Source: Candidatus Saccharimonadia bacterium (GTDB lineage Bacteria; Patescibacteriota; Saccharimonadia; Saccharimonadales; 2-12-FULL-41-12). Taken from it: a stretch of 64,000 nt of DNA. Shown here piece after piece: positions 45,002 through 54,239 of the stretch; position 1 is the stretch's first letter; the number at the start of each line of letters is the position of its first letter. Made by a program: the position numbers and the translations under genes. The DNA lies in assembly GCA_963717365.1 (NCBI GenBank), contig OY970327.1, forward strand, positions 587,599 to 651,598, read 5' to 3'. Under the pieces are notes generated by a model, which was not told the DNA's origin, ran no database searches, and worked only from the letters and a program-made list of their open reading frames with translations.

Positions 45002-47824
45002 TTACGAACATCCAGTGGTGCTGCCGCAAGAAGTACAGACGTAACAGCTGCCAGAGCGCTGCGTCTGATTACCGCAGTTATAGCACATCGGTGCAGTATC
45101 GTCCTGCTTAGCAGACAGACTACTCCGCTTTTGGGCTGTCGCGGCCATAGCAGTGTCTACACCTGGCGCTTCGGCTGTATCCGACTCAACTGAAACTGAT
45201 GCAGGCAATGCTACAACGGTTGCTTCAACAATTGTCGAACCTTCTACAATGCTTGTTTCCTCGGTGAGTAAGCTGGTCTGAACCTCGGGTATGTCATCAA
45301 AGGAAGCCAAGCCGAGCTCCAAACGGTCATCGAATGACAAGTAGTTAATTGCCAGGCGACGGAAGATGTAGTCGATCAATGATGACGCCGTACGAACTTC
45401 CGGGTCGTCCGTGATGCCGGCGGGCGCAAAACTGGTACTCATGAATGTTCTTACGTATGTCTTGAGCGGAACACCGTACTGCAGTCCGTGACTGACAGAT
45501 ATGGCGAAGGCATCCATGATGCCCCGCAGGGTTGAACCGTGCTTGGCAAAGTGGATAAATAACTCTCCAGCACTACCATCTTCATACTCGCCAACAGTGG
45601 CATAGCCTTTAGAATCAGCTACCCGGAACGAGAAGGTCTTTGAAGAACGGATTTTTGGCAGTTCACGGCGGACCGCGCCCCTGACAATAATCTTGTCATT
45701 GATATCTTCGACAGTAACTGCTTCTTTATCTTCAGAGCTGGCTTTTTTGGCCATTGCCAGCGGCTGGCCAACTTTACAGTTGTCGCGGTACACTGCTACA
45801 GCTTTTAGGCCGAGCTTCCAGGCATCAAGATGAATCTGCTCAATGTCTTCTAAGGTAGCTTCTTCCGGCATATTGACGGTCTTACTAATAGCTCCCGAGA
45901 TAAATGGTTGCACGGCAGACATCATTTTGACGTGGCCAAGGTAATGGATTGAGTTGTCGCCCATTGAGCAGGCGAAGACGTTTTTGTGGTTTGCCTTGAG
46001 GTGTGGCGCACCGATGATGGTTTTTTCAGTGTCGATGTAGGCCACGATGTCTTTAACCTGGGCGGCCGTATAGCCAAGCGCCTTTAGAGCACGGGGCACA
46101 GTCTGGTTCACGATATGCATAGTACCACCGCCAACCAATTTTTTAACTTTTACCAAACCAAGGTCAGGCTCGATACCAGTAGTGTCGCAGTCCATCATCA
46201 AGCCAATGGTGCCGGTTGGCGCTAGTACGCTAGCCTGAGAGTTGCGGACGCCGTACAATTCGGATAATTCAACGGCATTGTCCCATGCGGTTGCCGCTGC
46301 GCTCAAAAGCTCTTCAGAAACAAGGCTGGCATCAACATCGTTAATAGCAGCGCGGTGCTGCTTAAGGATCTTGATTACATTTTCCTGGTCTTTATGGAAA
46401 CCAGCAAACGGACCGACCTTGCGGGCAATCTTAGCGCTGGTAGCATAGGCGTGCCCGGTCATTAGCGCCGTGATGGCAGCTGCTTGGGCTCGACCTTCTG
46501 CTGAGTCGTATGGCAGACCTTGAGCCATTAGCAAAGCACCGAGGTTGGCGTACCCAATACCTAATTCGCGGTAAGCTCGGGCATTCTTAGTGATGCTTTC
46601 GGTTGGATACTCACTATAGCCGACTAGAATTTCCTGGGCAGTAAAGATCAATTCTACGGTGTGCTTAAAGGCTTCAATATCAAAGCTAAAGTCATCACGA
46701 AGATATTTCAACAGGTTGATTGAGGCCAGGTTACAAGCGGAATTGTCCAGGTGCATGTATTCCGAGCATGGATTGGAACCATTGATGCGTCCGGCGTTTG
46801 GTGTGGTATGCCAGTGGTTAATAGTGGTATCAAACTGCATACCCGGATCAGCGCATTCCCAGGCTGCCTGGGCGAATTGGCGCATCAGATCCCGGGCTTT
46901 AATAGTTTTAACTGATTTGCCGGTCCGAACAGCCTTCAGATCCCAGTCATCATCATTTTCAACAGCTTGCATGAACTCGTCGCTGACGCGGACTGAGTTA
47001 TTAGCATTCTGATACTGCACGGAGAAAGAATCTTTGCCGTCCATGCTCATATCAAAGCCGGCAGCCTGCAAAGCGCGAGCTTTGCGCTCTTCAATGGCTT
47101 TAGACCAAATGAATTCTTCAACATCGGGATGATCGGCATTTAAAATCACCATTTTAGCGGCCCGACGGGTTTTACCACCACTCTTAATGGCACCAGCCGA
47201 TGCATCGGCGCCACGCATGAAGCTGAGCGGGCCAGAAGCAGTACCGGCTGACTTGCCAAGCGGTTCCACTGACGAGCGGATGCCGCTTAGGTTGATACCA
47301 GAGCCTGAGCCGCCCTTAAAGATCATGCCTTCTTCTTTGTACCAGTTAAGGATGGCTGGCATAGTATCTTCGATACCAAGGATAAAGCAAGCGCTAGCCT
47401 GTTGGGCGCGGTCTGGCGCGCCAATATTAAACCACACCGGTGAGTTAAAAGCTGCCCGTTGAGTTGCTAGAATATACTTTAATTCTTCGCGGAAGGTTTC
47501 GGCGTCTTCGCCGGACTCAAAATAATTTTCTTGTATGCCTTGGCGAGTAACAGTGTCAACGACACGGTTGATGAGATCTTTGAGTGAGGATTCGCGATCT
47601 TTAGTGCCGGGCGTACCGGTAAAGTATTTCTGCGCTACGATATTAATCGAATTAAGCGACCATTCTTCTGGGAATTCGACGCCGAATTGCTCGAATACAT
47701 TCTTCCCGGTCATCGGATTAGCGATGATAGAGTCGCGCTTAACCCAGGTTAACTGGTCGTACGCCTTCGTTTTTGAGTCGGTGAAAAGACGACCCAATGT
47801 TAAATTGGTTGTTTGTTGACCCAT
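45002..47824 (-). CDS. nrdJ: Class II (adenosylcobalamin-dependent) ribonucleotide reductase NrdJ
   Basis: 940 aa with a long actinobacterial-like NrdJ layout, active-site NPCSE, and a Cys-rich C-terminal tail CYNCGNQTQRSGSCYVCTSCGSTTGCS. A GAGGG SD is present. Confidence 0.9.
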   Translation of the reverse strand: MGQQTTNLTLGRLFTDSKTKAYDQLTWVKRDSIIANPMTGKNVFEQFGVEFPEEWSLNSINIVAQKYFTGTPGTKDRESSLKDLINRVVDTVTRQGIQENYFESGEDAETFREELKYILATQRAAFNSPVWFNIGAPDRAQQASACFILGIEDTMPAILNWYKEEGMIFKGGSGSGINLSGIRSSVEPLGKSAGTASGPLSFMRGADASAGAIKSGGKTRRAAKMVILNADHPDVEEFIWSKAIEERKARALQAAGFDMSMDGKDSFSVQYQNANNSVRVSDEFMQAVENDDDWDLKAVRTGKSVKTIKARDLMRQFAQAAWECADPGMQFDTTINHWHTTPNAGRINGSNPCSEYMHLDNSACNLASINLLKYLRDDFSFDIEAFKHTVELIFTAQEILVGYSEYPTESITKNARAYRELGIGYANLGALLMAQGLPYDSAEGRAQAAAITALMTGHAYATSAKIARKVGPFAGFHKDQENVIKILKQHRAAINDVDASLVSEELLSAAATAWDNAVELSELYGVRNSQASVLAPTGTIGLMMDCDTTGIEPDLGLVKVKKLVGGGTMHIVNQTVPRALKALGYTAAQVKDIVAYIDTEKTIIGAPHLKANHKNVFACSMGDNSIHYLGHVKMMSAVQPFISGAISKTVNMPEEATLEDIEQIHLDAWKLGLKAVAVYRDNCKVGQPLAMAKKASSEDKEAVTVEDINDKIIVRGAVRRELPKIRSSKTFSFRVADSKGYATVGEYEDGSAGELFIHFAKHGSTLRGIMDAFAISVSHGLQYGVPLKTYVRTFMSTSFAPAGITDDPEVRTASSLIDYIFRRLAINYLSFDDRLELGLASFDDIPEVQTSLLTEETSIVEGSTIVEATVVALPASVSVESDTAEAPGVDTAMAATAQKRSSLSAKQDDTAPMCYNCGNQTQRSGSCYVCTSCGSTTGCS

Positions 47825-47871
47825 AGTAATACCCTCACTTATGGTTATTTAAATATTTTTTAATGTTTGTC

Positions 47872-48031
47872 AGAACCCATTGCCTGTCTTTTCTCTATAG
47901 CGAAAGTCGCATGGGTGAGTGCCAGGTATTTGTTTTATTCGTCAGCGTACCGAAGGTACTCTTCCTCTTAAAACAAATACCTGGTGCCGCCAAGGCGGCT
48001 TGTAGCAGAGAAAAGACAGGCAATGGGTTCT
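47872..48031 (-). ncRNA. Unclassified 160-nt multi-branched structured element (nested perfect inverted repeats) in the nrdR-nrdJ spacer
   Basis: 25-bp perfect inverted repeat 47872-47896 / 48007-48031 enclosing a 16-bp perfect repeat 47922-47937 / 47969-47984 and small hairpins at 47900-47910, 47947-47959 and 47987-48000. Further hairpins lie at 48041-48069 and 48085-48119. Confidence 0.4.
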
Positions 48032-48161
48032 TAGAGTGTTCGCATCATCCGTCTCTAAGAGATGATACGGCGCTCTCCTCGACCTTTAATGCGCGAGCTC
48101 AGGCTTTAAGCGCATTAAACGGCGGGGAAAGCTGTCGAAGTCTGTTCGATCCCAGCGGATT

Positions 48162-48653
48162 CTAGACTTCGACTGGCTCTTTAGGAATACTTGTTTCTGT
48201 TTTACGGCGACGAATATCGGATAGTTCTTGCTCGAAACTGGCAATATCCTTAAATCGTCGGTATACACTGGCGAATCGTACGTATGCTACCTCGTTTAAC
48301 ACGGCCAGCTTCTCGATAACGAGTTCGCCAATCGCGGCAGTCGATACCTCGGTGTCGCCACATTCATACAGCTGCTGTTCCACTTCTGAAACAAGTTGTT
48401 CCAGCTGCACGCTACTAACCGATGTTTTCTCGCAGGCTCGGTATAATCCGGCCAGCAACTTGTCGCGATTAAACAGCTCTCGGACATTATTGTTCTTTAC
48501 CACAATTAACTGTGGACGCTCAATTCTTTCATAGGTAGTGAATCGATAGTTACAGGACGCGCACATGCGGCGTCTGCGAATCGATTCACCGCCGCCAGCT
48601 TCGCGTGACTCAATAACTTTGGTATCGGCCGCATGACAATGATTACAGTTCAT
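48162..48653 (-). CDS. nrdR: Transcriptional repressor NrdR
   Basis: Zn ribbon (CNHCHA...CASCNYRF) plus an ATP-cone. 163 aa. Confidence 0.9.
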   Translation of the reverse strand: MNCNHCHAADTKVIESREAGGGESIRRRRMCASCNYRFTTYERIERPQLIVVKNNNVRELFNRDKLLAGLYRACEKTSVSSVQLEQLVSEVEQQLYECGDTEVSTAAIGELVIEKLAVLNEVAYVRFASVYRRFKDIASFEQELSDIRRRKTETSIPKEPVEV

Positions 48654-48739
48654 GTATGCCTCTCCCTTTATGAATCCCTCTGTAACGAATGGATTCTTTA
48701 GTTAATGTGCCACGCTGTTAGTTTTCTATATAGCAGTTT

Positions 48740-48788
48740 TTCCTATATATAGCGTTTGTACTAGTAATAGTAACGCTAGCTATAGCGT
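48740..48788 (-). promoter_or_regulatory. Tandem NrdR-box-like palindromes overlapping the candidate nrdR promoter
   Basis: Minus strand reads ACGCTATAGCTAGCGT (48788->48773) and ACGCTATATATAGGAA (48755->48740), with centres 33 bp apart. Box 1 fills the 17-nt spacer between TTGCAT and TACTAT. A third partial CTATATAG lies at 48726-48733. Confidence 0.4.
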
Positions 48789-48849
48789 AATGCAAGCATT
48801 TTACGTAGTGTTAATTACATGATTTTAACAGAGGTGTCTGTAAGAATTT

Positions 48850-50226
48850 TTACTTTTCTTTATCTTGATCTTTGTCGTCGGCTTCTTCATCTTTAGCTCG
48901 TTTTTTAAAGCCTAAGCGCCGTAAAAATGAGGGTTCATCAATTTCTTCGTCTTCTTCGTCAAACAACGTGCCACTCGACTTAGGGTCTGCTTTGGTAGTT
49001 GATTTGTCGGCTTTGGTATCATCTTTGCCGGTGTGCTCGGCTTCTATGTGAGACCAGATGTTTGGCACGCTAGTGTCTCTAGTAAAGTCTTCCCGCTGAG
49101 TATCTTCGTCTGATGATTCTTCAAGATCCATATTTATATCTGCGGGTACATCTTGGTTGCTTTTGACTGAATCGCGGGCAGAAACAGGTTCTGGCGTGTA
49201 ACTTTTGGTGGTCGGAGCGGCAGTGTGCTGAGCAGTTGGCGTGGTGAGTGGTTCAGCAGTCTTATTAAAGTAGGCTTCTTCGAAGCCGGTGGCTACAACC
49301 GTAACAATGATCTCGCCTTCCAGCTGCGGATTGATAGTAGCACCGAAAATAATGTTAGCTTTTTGATCAGCCGAAGCGGTAATCGTTTCGGCCACGGTGT
49401 TAATCTCGTGCATAGACATGTCGTTGCCACCAATAACGTTGAATAGGATACCGCGGGCGCCATCTATTGAAACTTCTAGTAGTGGTGATTCGACGGCTTC
49501 CTGGGCAGCTTCAACGGCGCGGTTGTCACCGCTAGCTCGACCAATTCCCATTAGTGCAGAACCGGCGTTACTCATGACCGCTTTAACATCAGCAAAGTCG
49601 AGGTTGATAAGGCCATGAACAGTAATAAGGTCTGAGATACCTTGAACTCCTTGACGTAATACGTCGTCGGCTACCTTAAAAGCCTGGAGAATTGGCGTTG
49701 ACCGGTCGATAGTCTGCAGCAAACGATCGTTCGGTATAATAATGAGTGTATCAACAGACGCGCGCAGATTGGAGATAGCAGCCTCGGCGTTAATTCGGCG
49801 CTTCTCGCCCTCAAATGCAAATGGCTTTGTAGCAAACCCTACCACCAAGATATCAAGGTCTCGAGCTATTTTAGCTACGATGTGGCCGGCGCCAGAGCCC
49901 GTGCCGCCACCGGCGCCAATGGTGATAAAAATCATGTCAGCGCCTTCTATGGCAGCCTTGATTTCATCATATGACTCTTCTGCTGCTCGTTGCCCGGCCG
50001 AGGGATCAGCACCTGCTCCTAGGCCGCGGGTTGTTTCGTGGCCAATATGAATTTTAGTTTCGGCTTTAGAATGGTGCAATGCTTGGGCGTCTGTATTAAT
50101 AGCAATGAACTCAACACCATCAACGCCGGCGTCAATCATACGGTTCACAGCTGCCCCGCCGGCGCCGCCCACACCAATTACCTTAATACGTGCAAATGTT
50201 TCTATAGCCGGTGAAACCTGAGGCAT
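48850..50226 (-). CDS. ftsZ: Cell division protein FtsZ
   Basis: GGGTGSGA tubulin signature. 458 aa with a long acidic/Lys-rich C-terminal linker. Confidence 0.95.
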   Translation of the reverse strand: MPQVSPAIETFARIKVIGVGGAGGAAVNRMIDAGVDGVEFIAINTDAQALHHSKAETKIHIGHETTRGLGAGADPSAGQRAAEESYDEIKAAIEGADMIFITIGAGGGTGSGAGHIVAKIARDLDILVVGFATKPFAFEGEKRRINAEAAISNLRASVDTLIIIPNDRLLQTIDRSTPILQAFKVADDVLRQGVQGISDLITVHGLINLDFADVKAVMSNAGSALMGIGRASGDNRAVEAAQEAVESPLLEVSIDGARGILFNVIGGNDMSMHEINTVAETITASADQKANIIFGATINPQLEGEIIVTVVATGFEEAYFNKTAEPLTTPTAQHTAAPTTKSYTPEPVSARDSVKSNQDVPADINMDLEESSDEDTQREDFTRDTSVPNIWSHIEAEHTGKDDTKADKSTTKADPKSSGTLFDEEDEEIDEPSFLRRLGFKKRAKDEEADDKDQDKEK

Positions 50227-50397
50227 GGTGCGAATTCTCCTTATCTGATATCTACTCTATAACATGCAGTATAACCTAGGCGTTGCTCAGGTTCAATGCG
50301 GCATCGATTATTGAACAAATTAATCGGCTTCGCGCGGTCGTTTTACTATCTTCGATTGTGATACTTTTCAAAAGTGTATCAATTTTTTATAACATGC

Positions 50398-51636
50398 TCA
50401 GCGGAGTTTTTTAAATAGCCCACCCAGCGTATCCATGATACTGCCAGCTGCGGAGACAACTCCAGATGACTGCATATCCATTTGTTCAGCGAATAGCATA
50501 TCAAGTTGCATTAGACCGACAGCAGTGACGTACTCTGGTTTCTTAATATCATCGATGATACCCTGCAGACTATTAAAATTACCCAGCCGTGATGACAACT
50601 GTAATTTCTCACGAGCGAACGCGGCAATACCTGGAATATTGGCCGTTCCGCCTACCAAAACTGTACCTCCAGGTAACTTACGTGACTTATGAATTCGCTT
50701 TAGTTCTTTTTCGATGTAATCAAAAATTTCGTCGACACGGGCCTCAACTACCATATGGATATCGTCGGCATCAAAAGCATGGTTCATTTTTTCATGGACG
50801 ACACTTAAACGCCCGGTTTTACCACTACCCTCTAGGGCAGCATGTTGCAACTTAACCATCTCGGCAATCTCGAGGTCGGTCTTGAGACCAATTGCAAGAT
50901 CATTAGTTATATGATTACCCCCCATTGGTATAACAGCGACATGTTGCACTTCGCCGTCTTCAATTACTGCCATGTTAGTGGTACTGGCACCAATATCCAA
51001 AACCAATGTTCCGGCTTCTTTTTGCTGTCGATTAAGGATCGCCTCGGCGGCTGCAAGACCAGAGACAGTGTGGTGTGATGGTACAATATGTGCCTTTTCT
51101 AGAGCTGCGTCTAGACTACGTACGTTAGGCGTGGCAACGGTCACGATGTGGGTGTCAACTTCAAGTCGGACGCCGCGCATGCCAATTGGATCCTTAATAG
51201 TATCGTGGCCATCCACTCGGTAATTCTTTGGAAAGACCTGAATAATTTCACGGTTGGCCGGGATTTGCACAATGGTGGCAGCGTCTTCGACGCGCAGTTT
51301 GTCTTCTAGTGAAATTTCACGGTTGGCGGCACTAATGGCAATGACCCCTTTGGAATCCAGCCCGCTGATATGAATGCCGTTAACATTAACCGTGGCATTG
51401 CGAATCGGAACGCCCGCTAAGCGTTCAGCTTCGCTGACGGCTTGGTTGATGGCGCCAGCCACGTCGTCCAGATGGACAACTAGGCCTTTACGCATGCCAA
51501 GGTTTTGAGATGAGCCGTGGCCGATAACCGACATTCGGGCTTCTTCGCTGGCAAGATCAAGAGTACCAACAACGCAGCGAACCGCGCTGGTACCGACATC
51601 AAGCCCTACGAAGTAATTGGGCTGTGTATCACGCAT
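50398..51636 (-). CDS. ftsA: Cell division protein FtsA
   Basis: Actin-fold motifs (VGLDVGTS, DIGASTT). The ORF track starts at 51684, but Met 51636 (MRDTQPNYFVGLDVGTS) is more typical. Confidence 0.85.
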   Translation of the reverse strand: MRDTQPNYFVGLDVGTSAVRCVVGTLDLASEEARMSVIGHGSSQNLGMRKGLVVHLDDVAGAINQAVSEAERLAGVPIRNATVNVNGIHISGLDSKGVIAISAANREISLEDKLRVEDAATIVQIPANREIIQVFPKNYRVDGHDTIKDPIGMRGVRLEVDTHIVTVATPNVRSLDAALEKAHIVPSHHTVSGLAAAEAILNRQQKEAGTLVLDIGASTTNMAVIEDGEVQHVAVIPMGGNHITNDLAIGLKTDLEIAEMVKLQHAALEGSGKTGRLSVVHEKMNHAFDADDIHMVVEARVDEIFDYIEKELKRIHKSRKLPGGTVLVGGTANIPGIAAFAREKLQLSSRLGNFNSLQGIIDDIKKPEYVTAVGLMQLDMLFAEQMDMQSSGVVSAAGSIMDTLGGLFKKLR

Positions 51637-51694
51637 GAGCCAAGTATACCGCTTATGGCCCTCAGCGACAATAATTCCCTTCACTGTCTTGGAT

Positions 51695-52465
51695 CTAAAG
51701 CTGTGTCAGGATTTCGCAGCCGGTTTCAGTAATAAGTACGGTATGTTCAAAATGTGCGGCCAGCGAGCCGTCGGCAGTCCGTACCGTCCAGCCGTCGGCG
51801 TCAAGGATGACTGCTTCTCTGCCTAGTGTGGCCATCGGCTCAATGGCTATCGTCATACCCTTCACCAGCTTGTCACCGGTATGTTTGCGACCGTAGTTCG
51901 GAATATTCGGATCTTCATGAACGGCGTGCCCGACCCCGTGACCAACTAGTTCGCGGACAATTCCGTAATCATGTTTGCTCAGCACTCGTTCTACGGCGTA
52001 GCCAATATCGCCGGTATGGCAACCGTCTTTAATTACCGTTAAGCCTTCTAGCATTGAATCTTCTGTATAGCGCAACAAGTCTCGGACGCGCCGATCAGGC
52101 TTAAAGTCAGGTTGGTCCGCTCCACAGATGACCGAAATAGCGCTGTCAGTGATCATACCCTTATAGCTGACGCCAAAATCTAGGCTTACGATATCGCCGT
52201 TAATCAGGATAGTATTGGAACGCGGAATGCCGTGGACAACCTCGTCATTAACGGAGATACAGATTGCTTCGGGAAACCCCTGGTATCCCAAAAAAACTGC
52301 CGTGCCACCTCTAGTTGCCACCTCTTTTGCAGCAATATCCGACAGCTTCTTAGTAGAAATCCCAGCAATCACTTTTGGCCGAAGCATCTCAAGTACCTCC
52401 GCCAAAATACGGCCGCTCGTCCGCATGGCGGTAATTTCAGTATCAGTTTTTACGCGGGTAAACAT
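51695..52465 (-). CDS. map: Methionine aminopeptidase, type I
   Basis: 256 aa with metal ligands in conserved contexts (DIVSLDFG, GHGVGHAVHE, EPM, FEHT). Confidence 0.9.
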   Translation of the reverse strand: MFTRVKTDTEITAMRTSGRILAEVLEMLRPKVIAGISTKKLSDIAAKEVATRGGTAVFLGYQGFPEAICISVNDEVVHGIPRSNTILINGDIVSLDFGVSYKGMITDSAISVICGADQPDFKPDRRVRDLLRYTEDSMLEGLTVIKDGCHTGDIGYAVERVLSKHDYGIVRELVGHGVGHAVHEDPNIPNYGRKHTGDKLVKGMTIAIEPMATLGREAVILDADGWTVRTADGSLAAHFEHTVLITETGCEILTQL

Positions 52466-52470
52466 CGTGG

Positions 52471-53034
52471 TTATTCTCCGGCAGGAGCAGTTTTAGCAGC
52501 GCGGTCCACATCAATTGCGGCTATTTCTTTATGGACAGCTTCAATCGGCTGCTCACCATTGACTTCGATGACTTCGATGCCATGGTTGCGATAATAATCC
52601 AAAATCGGTACCGTCCGATGTTGATACTCTTCAAAACGAGCTTCGATAGCCGCATCATGGTCATCCGCCCGAGCCCGTTCGCGCATACGTTCCTTTACAG
52701 CCTCACGAGAAGCTTGCAGATGCAGTACATACTGAATTTCAAACCGATTAGCCGCCGCTTGCGCCAACAACCATTTTGATTGGGTAACAGAGCGGGGATA
52801 GCCATCGAGAATGGTTCGATTAGGGTCATCCAGATTATCCAGCGCTTGATCAAGCAGCTTGGTGACTTCGTCGTCGCTAATTAATTCGCCGGTGTGCATG
52901 CGAGCATGTTGCTCCTCTGAACCATAGTTGCGCAACAACTCGCCGGTGGACAATACATGATAATCACGAGCCGTACCGAGCAGTTTGCCCTGTGTACCCT
53001 TGCCAGACCCGGCAATACCCATCAGTAAAATCAT
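52471..53034 (-). CDS. adk: Adenylate kinase (short lid, no Zn)
   Basis: P-loop GIAGSGKGTQ. 187 aa. Confidence 0.9.
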   Translation of the reverse strand: MILLMGIAGSGKGTQGKLLGTARDYHVLSTGELLRNYGSEEQHARMHTGELISDDEVTKLLDQALDNLDDPNRTILDGYPRSVTQSKWLLAQAAANRFEIQYVLHLQASREAVKERMRERARADDHDAAIEARFEEYQHRTVPILDYYRNHGIEVIEVNGEQPIEAVHKEIAAIDVDRAAKTAPAGE

Positions 53035-53487
53035 TTAGCTTAACCGAGCCTTTACTAGTCGAGCTACAGTTGCGCCGTCAGCCGCACCACCCGATTTTTC
53101 TTTAACGGCTGCAATTAATTTGCCCATCGCCTGGTTGTCTAGTTCACTCTCATACTCTGCTATTGCTTGGTCAATTAGCTCGTTCACTGCCGAAACGTCC
53201 AATTGCTTAGGCAAATATTTTTGAATAATTATTTCTTCGTTTCGTTCGCTGGCAGCCTGCTCGGCGTTACCGCCTTGCTCATACATCTGTGCGGCTTCGG
53301 TACGCTTTTTAAGTTCTTTTTGCAGCAGCGCTACAACTTCTTGGTCAGGCAATCCCGTTTCACGTTTCCCAGATGCTACTTCGGCATACAAAATAACGCT
53401 CTTAAGCATCTTAAGCGCTTCGGCCAACTGTTTATCTCCGCCAAGCATGGCGGACTTAATATCTTGATCAATGGTTTGTTTGATCAT
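53035..53487 (-). CDS. GatB/YqeY domain protein
   Basis: 150 aa. MIKQTIDQDIKSAMLGGDK..LKMLKSVILYAEV resembles YqeY. Confidence 0.7.
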   Translation of the reverse strand: MIKQTIDQDIKSAMLGGDKQLAEALKMLKSVILYAEVASGKRETGLPDQEVVALLQKELKKRTEAAQMYEQGGNAEQAASERNEEIIIQKYLPKQLDVSAVNELIDQAIAEYESELDNQAMGKLIAAVKEKSGGAADGATVARLVKARLS

Positions 53488-53497
53488 AATTATAGTT

Positions 53498-53707
53498 TTA
53501 CGAAAGCTTGAGTTTTTTGACTTTTAGAACTTTTCGCTCACGGCGAACAATCGCCTTCAAACGTCGGTCGCGCTTGCTAACAGGTTTTTCAAAATACTGC
53601 AGCTGCTTAGCAGTGGCAATAACGCCGGATTGCTGTACCTTGCGCGTAAAACGTCGCAACATATTCTCGGTCGATTCTTTCGAATCTTTCTTAGTAACTT
53701 GTATCAT
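53498..53707 (-). CDS. rpsU: 30S ribosomal protein S21
   Basis: 69 aa, basic, LRRFTRKVQQSGV....KRDRRLKA. Confidence 0.85.
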   Translation of the reverse strand: MIQVTKKDSKESTENMLRRFTRKVQQSGVIATAKQLQYFEKPVSKRDRRLKAIVRRERKVLKVKKLKLS

Positions 53708-53748
53708 TAATTCCTATTCTACAGTAGTGACGCTGTTTTTTCAAGCGT

Positions 53749-54033
53749 TTATTGTTGCCGTTTTTGGGTGGCACGTTGTGATTTAAGTACGATGCTTTGT
53801 AATTCTTTAAAGATAACGAACTGTTTGTTAGTGTAATAGATCTTGGTATTGGCTTGTTTTTCTGACATCAGGAAGCCGATTTTTTCTAGGCGTTTTAATT
53901 CACGCTGGATATTTCCGGCGTCTTCTTTGATCAGTTTAGCGAGCCCGCGGACATGTGTTTTAAAGTCGGGATATTTGGCATATACCACGATAATTTTGCG
54001 CCGGACTCGGGAGGTAATAAATACGTCTAACAT
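53749..54033 (-). CDS. Small winged-helix transcriptional regulator
   Basis: MLDVFITSRVRRKIIVVY...LAKLIKEDAGNIQRELKRLEKIGFL is wHTH-like. The ORF track extends to 54087. Divergent from priA. Confidence 0.5.
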   Translation of the reverse strand: MLDVFITSRVRRKIIVVYAKYPDFKTHVRGLAKLIKEDAGNIQRELKRLEKIGFLMSEKQANTKIYYTNKQFVIFKELQSIVLKSQRATQKRQQ

Positions 54034-54239
54034 AAGCTTTTCGATGTTACGATAACAACGCTTAGTATAGACACATAGCCGAATCATTTCAACACCTAAT
54101 CTTTAATAAGTTTGAAGTAGCTTCTTGTATCAAATCATAAACGTAGTTTAAATTGATTTTTTTACAACTCTGCTTTACATCTGTTGTAGCAACGATTTAT
54201 GGTTATCTGTAAGCCAGCTCGGTTTATACTGTATATATT

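Noticed and set aside
47825-48161. Cobalamin riboswitch upstream of the B12-dependent nrdJ.
   Set aside because: I found no B12 box (GCCACUG) and no GGGAA/GGUG/CCCGC core on either strand. B12 riboswitches normally repress B12-independent RNRs, not nrdJ. The region is kept as an unclassified structured element instead.
47863-48165. 100-aa plus-strand ORF in the nrdR-nrdJ spacer, and the 60-aa minus-strand ORF at 48086..48268.
   Set aside because: The open frame coincides with the nested inverted repeats, has no start context, and overlaps the nrdR end. It is most likely an artefact of the repeat structure.
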